The position numbers and the translations under genes are program-made. A DNA stretch of 64,000 nucleotides, taken from Candidatus Paceibacter sp. Its GTDB lineage: Bacteria > Patescibacteriota > Minisyncoccia > UBA6257 > JAGOQP01. The DNA lies in contig DYGB01000001.1 of the NCBI GenBank assembly GCA_020724905.1, positions 1,866 through 65,865 of the forward strand. The letters are read 5' to 3'. The notes below the pieces were generated by a model. That model had not been told where the DNA came from. It worked only from the letters and a program-made list of their open reading frames with translations, and ran no database searches. Below, piece by piece: positions 55,958 through 64,000 of this stretch; positions within the stretch are counted from its first letter, which is position 1; every line of letters begins with the position of its first letter.

Positions 55958-56413
55958 TTAAAATGGTAAATCTTCTGGTTTTATTTCATCATCAACAGAC
56001 ACTTCAGGGACATTGTCTTCAAGAGAATCATCAAATCCAGAATCTTCTTTCTTTGATGATGCACTTGGTGAAGAGCCTCCTCCACTTGAGCGAGGACCAA
56101 ACTGGATTCGTTCACACACGACTTCAGTAGTTTTTCGTGTCTGATCATCTTTATCCTTCCAGCTTCGTGTCTGTAAACGTCCCTCAATCATAACCAGTGA
56201 TCCTTTTGAGAGGAACTGTGATGCAAGTTCAGCCTGACGACCCCATACGACAATATTATGAAATTCAGTATCTTCTTGCTTGGCACCAGATTTATCAACC
56301 CAGTTTCGATTAGTAGCAATACTAAAATTAGCAACAGACTGACTTGTTGCGGTAGATTTTACCTCAATATCAGCTGTCACACGACCAATAAGAATAACTT
56401 TGTTTAAATTCAT
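55958..56413 (-). CDS. ssb: Single-stranded DNA-binding protein (start at [11 protein letters not shown]).
   Basis: An OB-fold SSB N-terminus and an acidic C-terminal tail ...[11 protein letters not shown]. Confidence 0.85.
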   Translation of the reverse strand: MNLNKVILIGRVTADIEVKSTATSQSVANFSIATNRNWVDKSGAKQEDTEFHNIVVWGRQAELASQFLSKGSLVMIEGRLQTRSWKDKDDQTRKTTEVVCERIQFGPRSSGGGSSPSASSKKEDSGFDDSLEDNVPEVSVDDEIKPEDLPF

Positions 56414-56450
56414 ATATAGGTATGCTACCACAGAATATATGAGAGCACAA

Positions 56451-56855
56451 TTACTCTAAAATATCCTGTAATGTCTTTTCTAAATCCTCATTTGTTACCT
56501 CAGAAGCACTCTTTGTAGGGGTCGTCTCGCTAGAAAATGACCGCTCCTCTCGTTCCTGTCTTTGTACAGGAGCTGGATTACTCACAACAAGTGTTCGAAG
56601 AACAGATTCTTTTTCAAGCTCTGTTTGACGAAGTATCTTTGGAACAGCTGTACTCTGAGCAGAAAAATGAATAAAACCAAATAATGCACTTGTCTGTTTC
56701 TCGATAGGATAAGCTAAAGACATCTGCTTAAGAGGAGATTCATATAAAATCTCTGCCTCTTGTTCTGCAAGAAGACGCTTAATAAATGAAAGCCCCTCTT
56801 CATTTCGAAGAAGAAACCCTATCTCATATGTAGTTGTATCTTTTATTTCTTCCAT
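56451..56855 (-). CDS. rpsF: 30S ribosomal protein S6 (start at MEEIKD).
   Basis: YEIGFLL...EQEAEILYESPLKQMSLAYPI. Confidence 0.8.
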   Translation of the reverse strand: MEEIKDTTTYEIGFLLRNEEGLSFIKRLLAEQEAEILYESPLKQMSLAYPIEKQTSALFGFIHFSAQSTAVPKILRQTELEKESVLRTLVVSNPAPVQRQEREERSFSSETTPTKSASEVTNEDLEKTLQDILE

Positions 56856-56900
56856 AAATATACTCAAGCAAACTACCACACCTCTTCTAAAAACACAATA

Positions 56901-59900
56901 CTATTCCTCAGTTTCCTCACTTCTCTTCCCTGCCTTCATCTCTTGATGTATTTTGAGCCCCGTTCCTGCAGGAATAAACCGTCCAATGATAACATTTTCC
57001 TTAAGGCCACGAAGGTGATCAACACGACATTCTGTTGCTGCATTCACCAATACACGAGCTGTTTCTTGGAATGATGCTGCTGAAAGGAAACTTTCTGTAG
57101 AAAGCGATACACGACTGATACCAAGGAGTAACTGCTTTGCCTTCGCAGGAGTCTTTCCTTTTGTACGAAGTTTTCGATTTACTTCCTGAAGTTGTGACTT
57201 TTCAACTGTCTGTCCAACAACAAAGTTACTATCTCCAGGTTCTTTAATCATAACTCGAGAAAACATCTGTTTTGCAATGATTTCAATATGCTTGTCACTG
57301 ATGATACTTCCGTTTGAAACGTAAATCTTTTGAACTTCGTTAATAACATACTTCTCAACAGCTTCTTTTCCTTTCAATTGGAAGAGTTCCTTAAGATCAA
57401 GACTTCCTTCATAGAGCTGTTGTCCCTTTTCAATAACATCTCCTTCTTTTACATAGATAGAAACGTTTCGAGGAACTGGGTATTCAGAAACATCCTTCTT
57501 GCTTCCTTTCTTTCCTGCTTTCTTTCCTGTTTCACGAAGTGTGATAACACGAATACCTTTCTTGTCTTCAATACTCTCAACAACACTCTCTTCTTTTGAA
57601 AGTGCAGCTTTTCCTTTTGGAGGACGTGCCTCAAAAATTTCTTCAATACGAGGAAGCCCTGAGGTAATGTCTTTTTCAGCAACACCTCCACTGTGAAAGG
57701 TTCGCAGGGTAAGCTGTGTTCCTGGCTCTCCAATAGACTGAGCAGCCACGATACCAACAGCCTCACCCCTCTCAATTGGAGCTAATCGTCCAAGATCAAG
57801 TCCGTAACACTTTGAACACACTCCATATAATGACTTACAGGTTAATGGAGAACGAACCATAACCTCACTCACATCAGCTGTATCAATCTTTTCTGAAAGA
57901 TCTCGATCAACAATATCACCAGATCGAGCAACAACCTTTCGTCCATCTTTTACATCTTGAGCAAGTGTACGTCCAAAAAGACGTGTTCCAAAATTAAATC
58001 CATATTCATTCCCTACCGATCGCTCAACAAGAACTCCTTCGGTAGTACGACAATCTTCTTTGTTAATGGTCATTGATTGACATACATCAACCATACGACG
58101 AGTAAGGTATCCAGCTGATGCCGTTTTAAGAGCAGTATCGGTAAGTCCTTTTCGAGCACCATGGGTTCCGATAAAGAACTCAAGCACAGAAAGTCCCTCC
58201 TTGTATGAAGAAATAACAGGAAGCTCAATTGTATCTCCCTGGGGATTGTTAACAAGCCCCTTCATTCCCGTCATCTGAATTGCCTGAGACCATGATCCTC
58301 GAGCTCCTGACTGAATAATATCAAAAATAGGATTTGTCTTATCTTTACTCAAGGTAGCAGGGACAACATCAGATACTTGTTTCTTAGCCTTGTCCCAAAT
58401 ACGAATAATTTGAATTTTCTTTTCTTCTTCATCAAAGTATCCATCTTCATACTGTTCATGTACCTTTTCGACCGCTTTTCGTGCAGCTTCAATAATTGCT
58501 TTCTTTTCTTTTGGAATATCAAGGTCAAAGATACTCCAGGTAATTCCTGAAAGAGCAGCCCATTCAAATCCAAGTCGTTTTACGTTATCAAGAAATATCC
58601 ATGTGCGTTCTATACCAAAGATATCAATATGACGAGAAACAAGTTTCTGAAGATTCTTCTTGTCCATCTCTTCATTAATGTATCCAAACTCTTTAGGTAA
58701 GATAGTATTGAAGATAATTCTCCCACATGATGTTACTTCATCAGTTATTGACCCTACGCGAATTGGTTCATTCACCTTAATCTGTCTAAATTCAAATGCG
58801 ATAAGGACCTCATCAACATCACTGAAGTTTCGAAGTGCCTTCTCATCCTTAAGCGCCTCTTCAAGATGAGGAATCTTGGTAAGGTAGTATGCTCCAAGCA
58901 CAATATCCTGAGATGGTGTTGCAATAGGATCACCATTTGAAGGACGAATAATATTCAATGAAGAAAGCATACGTGTCTTTGCTTCATGTTGTGCATCATC
59001 AGAAAGTGGAAGATGGACCGCCATCTGATCACCATCAAAGTCAGCGTTAAACGCACTACATACCATTGGAGGAATACGGAGCGCAAGATCTTCAATAAGG
59101 ACAGGATAAAATGCCTGCACACCAAGCCTGTGAAGCGTAGGAGCACGGTTCAATAGAACTGTTTTGTCCTGAATAACTTCTTCTAAAATCTCCCATACCT
59201 CAGGAATACCCTGTTCAATAAGACGATTTGCATTCTTGATATTGTGAGCCATTCCTCGCTCAAGAATCTGATTAATAACAAATGGTTTAAACAACTCAAG
59301 AGCCATCTTCTTTGGAATACCACACTGGTTTAAACGAAGTTCAGGACCAACAACGATAACTGAACGTCCAGAATAATCAACACGTTTCCCCAATAGGTTC
59401 TGACGGAATCGTCCCTGTTTCCCCTTCAAAATATCTGCAAGAGATTTCAATGGTCGATTCTGAGCTGACATCTGTTGTCGTCCAAATCGAGCACTGTTAT
59501 CAATTAACGCATCAACAGCTTCCTGAAGCATACGCTTCTCGTTGGTGATAATAATCTCAGGAGCATGCAAGTCCATCAACTTCTTAAGACGATTATTTCT
59601 GTTAATAACTCGTCGATACAAATCATTCAAATCAGAACTCGCGAATCGGTTTCCATCAAGTGCAACCATAGGACGAAGATCTGGAGGAAGTACAGGAATA
59701 ACAGTTAAAATCATCCATTCAGGACGAATATTATTTTTCAAAAATGTCTTTAACACTCGAAGACGAGCTCCTAGTTTTTTCTCTGCAATAGAATCTTTTC
59801 TTTTCTTCAATGCATCAATCTTCTTTTCAGTATCGGTAATCTCTTTTTTAAGATTGAGATTCTCAAGAATATTTCGAAGTGCCTCTGCACCAGAACCAGC

Positions 59901-60518
59901 TTGAAATACATCACCAAATCGACGAGACAAATCAAAGTATTCAGCTTCTCCAAGCACCATACCAATATGAAGATCCTGGAGAAATTGTCGTGTACGAGAA
60001 TATACAGTCTCAAGTTCAGCAAGCATCTCTTCGTCAGCTAACTGTTTCTTCTTATCATTGTATTCAGCTTTTAGATTCTCCAATGCAGCACTGCGATTAT
60101 CCTCATCAACATGGCTCACCATGTAGGCAGCATAGTAAACAACTTTTTCTATCTTGCTAATAGGAGCATCAAAGAAGAGTCCCAAACGTGACGTTCCAGT
60201 TTTTAAGAACCAAATGTGAGTAACAGGAGTTGCAAGACTGATATGTCCCATACGTTCACGACGAACAATGGCACGAGTTACCTCAACACCACACTTATCA
60301 CAGATAGTTCCTTTATATCGAATACCCTTAAACTTTCCACAGTAACAACGATAATCTTTTGTAGGACCAAAAATACGTTCAGAGAACAATCCATCTTTCT
60401 CAGCACGTTGGGTACGGTAGTTTATTGTTTCAGGCTTGGTTACCTCTCCATATGAAGATGTTAACACTTCTTCAGGTGAAGGAATTTTAAGCCGTAAAAA
60501 ATCAAAATCAAATGCCAT
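56901..60518 (-). CDS. rpoC: DNA-directed RNA polymerase subunit beta'.
   Basis: The zinc-binding N-terminus (CYCGKFKGIRYKGTICDKCGVEV), the catalytic NADFDGDQM motif and other conserved blocks. Confidence 0.95.
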   Translation of the reverse strand: MAFDFDFLRLKIPSPEEVLTSSYGEVTKPETINYRTQRAEKDGLFSERIFGPTKDYRCYCGKFKGIRYKGTICDKCGVEVTRAIVRRERMGHISLATPVTHIWFLKTGTSRLGLFFDAPISKIEKVVYYAAYMVSHVDEDNRSAALENLKAEYNDKKKQLADEEMLAELETVYSRTRQFLQDLHIGMVLGEAEYFDLSRRFGDVFQAGSGAEALRNILENLNLKKEITDTEKKIDALKKRKDSIAEKKLGARLRVLKTFLKNNIRPEWMILTVIPVLPPDLRPMVALDGNRFASSDLNDLYRRVINRNNRLKKLMDLHAPEIIITNEKRMLQEAVDALIDNSARFGRQQMSAQNRPLKSLADILKGKQGRFRQNLLGKRVDYSGRSVIVVGPELRLNQCGIPKKMALELFKPFVINQILERGMAHNIKNANRLIEQGIPEVWEILEEVIQDKTVLLNRAPTLHRLGVQAFYPVLIEDLALRIPPMVCSAFNADFDGDQMAVHLPLSDDAQHEAKTRMLSSLNIIRPSNGDPIATPSQDIVLGAYYLTKIPHLEEALKDEKALRNFSDVDEVLIAFEFRQIKVNEPIRVGSITDEVTSCGRIIFNTILPKEFGYINEEMDKKNLQKLVSRHIDIFGIERTWIFLDNVKRLGFEWAALSGITWSIFDLDIPKEKKAIIEAARKAVEKVHEQYEDGYFDEEEKKIQIIRIWDKAKKQVSDVVPATLSKDKTNPIFDIIQSGARGSWSQAIQMTGMKGLVNNPQGDTIELPVISSYKEGLSVLEFFIGTHGARKGLTDTALKTASAGYLTRRMVDVCQSMTINKEDCRTTEGVLVERSVGNEYGFNFGTRLFGRTLAQDVKDGRKVVARSGDIVDRDLSEKIDTADVSEVMVRSPLTCKSLYGVCSKCYGLDLGRLAPIERGEAVGIVAAQSIGEPGTQLTLRTFHSGGVAEKDITSGLPRIEEIFEARPPKGKAALSKEESVVESIEDKKGIRVITLRETGKKAGKKGSKKDVSEYPVPRNVSIYVKEGDVIEKGQQLYEGSLDLKELFQLKGKEAVEKYVINEVQKIYVSNGSIISDKHIEIIAKQMFSRVMIKEPGDSNFVVGQTVEKSQLQEVNRKLRTKGKTPAKAKQLLLGISRVSLSTESFLSAASFQETARVLVNAATECRVDHLRGLKENVIIGRFIPAGTGLKIHQEMKAGKRSEETEE

Positions 60519-60532
60519 ATATCACAATTTAA

Positions 60533-63500
60533 TTACATCTCATCCTCAGACAAATCTTCTTCATGAATAGGATCCATCTTAAGTCCGAGGGCGTTAATTT
60601 CATTCGTCAACACATTAAAGGCTGACGGATTGTTCGACGTTTTAATAGTTTCTCCTTTCACAATCGCTTCAAATACTGATGCTCGTCCAAGGACATCGTC
60701 GGATTTTACCGTGAGCATTTCCTGCAATGTATGCGCAGCACCATATCCTTCCAATGCCCACACCTCCATTTCTCCAAATCTCTGTCCACCAAATTGAGCT
60801 TTTCCTCCAAGTGGCTGTTGTGTTACCAGTGAGTATGGTCCAATAGAACGCATGTGAATCTTATCCTCAACAAGGTGAGACAATTTCAACATATAAATAT
60901 ATCCAACTGTTGCATCCTGCCCTAGCTGTTTTCCTGTTCGTCCATCATAGACTGTCAATTTTCCATTATCGTTATACCCAGCTTTCTGTAATTCTCTTTT
61001 AATGTCATCTTCTTTTGCTCCGGTAAAGACAGGAGTAACCGCACGATACCCTTGCTTAAGAGCAGCAAGGCCCAAATGCGTTTCAAGAATCTGCCCTAAG
61101 TTCATACGAGACGCAACACCAAGTGGATTTAACACAATATCAACTGGAGTTCCATCTTCAAGGTATGGCATGTCTTCAACAGGACGAATCTGTGAGATAA
61201 CACCCTTGTTTCCATGTCGTCCTGCAAGCTTGTCACCCGCACGAACACGTCGCAATTGAGCAACTTCAATTTGTATACGTTTAATAACACCTGGTTCAAG
61301 CTTGTCACCTCGTTCACGAGAAAATATTTTAATACCAACAACCCGTCCCCATTTTCCATGAGAGAGATAAAGAGACGTATCTTTCACATCACGAGCTTTT
61401 TCTCCAAAAATAGAACGAAGTAGTTTTTCCTCAGCAGTTAATTCAGTTTCTCCTTTTGGAGAAATCTTTCCTACCAATATATCTCCAGAACGAACTTCAG
61501 CACCAATACGGATAATACCCTCTTCATCAAGGTTACGAAGTTTCTCTTCAGAGACGTTTGGAATATCAGATGTTGTTACCTCAGGTCCTAATTTTGTATC
61601 ACGAACATCACACACAAAGTCTTCTATGTGAACTGATGTAAATCGATCTTCTTGAGCCACTCTCTCAGAAAGCACAATAGCGTCTTCAAAGTTTCCTCCA
61701 AAGAATGGAATAAAGGCAACAAGAAGGTTTTGACCAAGAGCCAACACTCCATGATCAGTAGAAGGTCCATCAACAAGAACATCTCCCTTCTTCACTTTCT
61801 GTCCTACATTTACTAATACTTTTTGGTTAATAGCTGAATACTGGTTTGATCGTTTAAACTTACTCAAACGATATGTTTTTGATCCAAGTTTCTTGTATGA
61901 AAGAGTAATTGAGTTTGCGTCAGCTTTCTTCACCTCCCCTGCATCTTCAGCCACGATAACACGTCCAGAATCACGAGCAACATATTCTTCATTTCCAGTA
62001 CCAACAAGTGGCATCTGTGGGTTAATAGAGGGAACAGCCTGACGTTGCATGTTTGATCCCATAAGTGCACGGTTTGCATCATCGTGTTCAAGAAATGGAA
62101 TCAAGCTTGTTGCACTACTGATAACCTGCACAGGAGATACATCGATAAGGTTCACGTCTTTTCGAGAACAGAGTCCAGGTTCTCCATTAATACGAGCTTC
62201 AATAATATCATCAAGCAATCTTCCTTTCTCATCGAAGTTAACTCCTCCTTCTGCAATATTGTGTTTCACCTCTTCAGCAGCATCCATCCATACAATCTCA
62301 CTTGTGACCACACCGTTTTTCACACGTGCATAGGGGGTCTCTAAGAATCCAAGTTCATTAACTCGAGCAAATGTCGCTAAATGGTTAATAAGACCAATGT
62401 TTGGTCCTTCTGGAGTTTCAATAGGACAAATACGTCCATAGTGAGATGCGTGAACATCTCGCACTTCAAACCCTGCTCTTTCTCGAGTAAGTCCCCCCGG
62501 ACCCATCGCAGAAAGACGTCGTTTATGTTCTAGTTCTGCAAGAGGATTTACCTGATCCATGAACTGAGACAACTGAGATGATACCAAAAATTCTCTCACT
62601 ACAGATGAAAGTGGTTTTGGATTAATTAAATGAACAGGAGTCAATAATTCTGGCTCTGTTGTTGACATACGATCCTGTACAATACGACGAATACGAGCAA
62701 ATCCAACACGCATACGATTCTGCAAAAGCTCTCCAACAGAACGGACTCGTCGATTTGAAAGACTATCAATATCATCAGCTCGTCCATGAGGATCATTATT
62801 CAAACGAATAACTTCTTTTATAATCTCAACGAGATCTTCTTTTCGAAGTAGATGTGTATCAACTGAATCACTAATACCAAGTCGTTTATTTAACTTGTAT
62901 CGTCCTACATCAGAAAGACTAAATCGATCTTTCCTTTGAAACATCCCATCGATAAGACTTTTAGCATTCTCAACACTTGCCAAATCTCCTGGGCGAAGTC
63001 GCTTATATATCTCAATATATGACTCATCCACGCTATGAGCGCCATCTTTTTTAAGTGTTGTTTCAATGTGTTGTATCTCCCCCGTATCAACATCAGCAAA
63101 TGCTGCGCGAATCTCATCATCGCTCTTAAATCCAAACACTCGCAACACATCACTTACCGCTACTTTTCTATGTTTATCGATCTTTACCCCGATAAATCCA
63201 TCATTTTCAGTCTCAATTTCCATCCAACTCCCTCGATCAGGAATAATCTTTGCTCCAAACTGTCTTTTTCCTTTTAATATTCGTGAGGTAAAGTTAACCC
63301 CTGAAGAACGAATAAACTGTGATACCACAACTCTCTCAACACCGTTGATAATAAATGTTCCCCGATCAGTCATGATAGGATACTCACCAAGATACACTTC
63401 TTGTTCTACTTCTTTCTTTGTCTTAAGGTGAACCAATCGTACCTTCGCTCGCAACGATGCCTCATAGGTAGCATCACGCTCCCATGATTCTTCCTCGCTA

Positions 63501-63736
63501 AATTTAGGCTCATCAAATGAATGTCCTAGAAAATATAATTCAAATTCTTCTCCTGTATAATCAGAAATAGGAGAGATCTCTTTGAAGAGATCTTTAATTC
63601 CTTTTTGCACAAACCATCTCCATGACTGAAGCTGGATCTCAGCTAAAAATGGTCGAGGGGTAAGGTCCCCTGAATGTTTTGAAAACGAACGAACCTCAAG
63701 TGTATGCATAAATATAGGGATGTTAGTGTAACACAA
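60533..63736 (-). CDS. rpoB: DNA-directed RNA polymerase subunit beta (the alternative start MHTLEV is at 63709).
   Basis: Conserved blocks are present throughout, including the rifampicin-cluster region and the C-terminal GGQRFGEMEVWALEGYGAA. Confidence 0.95.
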   Translation of the reverse strand: MCYTNIPIFMHTLEVRSFSKHSGDLTPRPFLAEIQLQSWRWFVQKGIKDLFKEISPISDYTGEEFELYFLGHSFDEPKFSEEESWERDATYEASLRAKVRLVHLKTKKEVEQEVYLGEYPIMTDRGTFIINGVERVVVSQFIRSSGVNFTSRILKGKRQFGAKIIPDRGSWMEIETENDGFIGVKIDKHRKVAVSDVLRVFGFKSDDEIRAAFADVDTGEIQHIETTLKKDGAHSVDESYIEIYKRLRPGDLASVENAKSLIDGMFQRKDRFSLSDVGRYKLNKRLGISDSVDTHLLRKEDLVEIIKEVIRLNNDPHGRADDIDSLSNRRVRSVGELLQNRMRVGFARIRRIVQDRMSTTEPELLTPVHLINPKPLSSVVREFLVSSQLSQFMDQVNPLAELEHKRRLSAMGPGGLTRERAGFEVRDVHASHYGRICPIETPEGPNIGLINHLATFARVNELGFLETPYARVKNGVVTSEIVWMDAAEEVKHNIAEGGVNFDEKGRLLDDIIEARINGEPGLCSRKDVNLIDVSPVQVISSATSLIPFLEHDDANRALMGSNMQRQAVPSINPQMPLVGTGNEEYVARDSGRVIVAEDAGEVKKADANSITLSYKKLGSKTYRLSKFKRSNQYSAINQKVLVNVGQKVKKGDVLVDGPSTDHGVLALGQNLLVAFIPFFGGNFEDAIVLSERVAQEDRFTSVHIEDFVCDVRDTKLGPEVTTSDIPNVSEEKLRNLDEEGIIRIGAEVRSGDILVGKISPKGETELTAEEKLLRSIFGEKARDVKDTSLYLSHGKWGRVVGIKIFSRERGDKLEPGVIKRIQIEVAQLRRVRAGDKLAGRHGNKGVISQIRPVEDMPYLEDGTPVDIVLNPLGVASRMNLGQILETHLGLAALKQGYRAVTPVFTGAKEDDIKRELQKAGYNDNGKLTVYDGRTGKQLGQDATVGYIYMLKLSHLVEDKIHMRSIGPYSLVTQQPLGGKAQFGGQRFGEMEVWALEGYGAAHTLQEMLTVKSDDVLGRASVFEAIVKGETIKTSNNPSAFNVLTNEINALGLKMDPIHEEDLSEDEM

Positions 63737-63888
63737 ACAAAAAAAGGCCCACTCCTTGCGGAGGTTTCTTTATGTGTTGTAATTAGTTATATACTTGCTT
63801 CGCTACGCACAATAGTAGTAGTGAATGCTCTGATTTATAAAACCTAAGTCTCAGAGTTACATGTGATGAAAAAAAAGTCAAGAGCGTT

Positions 63889-64000
63889 CTCGTATGTTCT
63901 GAACATCAGCAAAGACTGCACCAACAAACCCTACAAGAATCATTCCCCCAACAGCCCACCACAATACAGAGACTGGGACGATAAGTAACGACTCATGAAC
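63889..64000 (-). CDS. C-terminal fragment of a hydrophobic (membrane) protein running off the window edge.
   Basis: The minus-strand frame reads ...LLIVPVSVLWWAVGGMILVGFVGAVFADVQNIRERS* ending at ~63889. Only ~37 codons are visible. Confidence 0.25.

Noticed and set aside
1-64000. CRISPR arrays, rRNA genes, long tandem repeats.
   Set aside because: No regularly spaced direct repeats and no rRNA-like conserved stretches (e.g. 16S 3' end, 23S motifs) were found on reading through. This cannot be fully excluded without a computational repeat search.

Overview
This 64 kb window looks like a contiguous chromosomal stretch of a small-genome, Patescibacteria/CPR-like bacterium. That assignment is an inference from the gene content (compact housekeeping genes, competence genes, a non-oxidative pentose-phosphate fragment) and a visually AT-leaning composition that I did not compute. 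The standard genetic code fits; I saw no UGA recoding. It is dense in core genes. Translation: aspS, fused pheS, ileS, valS, infC-rpmI-rplT, rplS, rpmB, rpsF-ssb-rpsR, efp, smpB plus tmRNA, and four tRNAs. Transcription: rpoB-rpoC. Central carbon metabolism: gap, eno, a PEP synthase-like dikinase, a split transketolase, rpiB, an rpe-like gene, a PfkB kinase and a glycerate kinase. DNA metabolism: topA, dprA, a split comEC and parAB. Envelope and secretion: murD, alr, secDF and PrsW. Also present are relA/spoT, mnmA and a NUDIX hydrolase. I found no rRNA or CRISPR array. Several things stand out from this background. IleRS carries a complete histidine-phosphatase domain inserted into its catalytic core. 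PheS is fused to an FDX-ACB anticodon-binding domain, which is the mitochondrial-like monomeric architecture, and no pheT is adjacent. A tightly packed three-gene cassette encodes a protein with sigma-70 region-4 and HARE-HTH-like domains, a membrane protein, and an FtsK/HerA/TraG-superfamily ATPase. It lies next to a Fic gene and is my best candidate for an undescribed system. A GC-rich IS481-family insertion sequence with 18-bp inverted repeats lies 3 bp downstream of valS. There is also a T9SS-type C-terminal sorting domain protein, an ATP-cone/Mrr-like nuclease, a strongly expressed-looking 45-aa basic ORF absent from the ORF track, and an exact 14-mer shared by two distant intergenic regions. 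Hand-derived coordinates for RNAs and regulatory sites are approximate (about ±2 nt).
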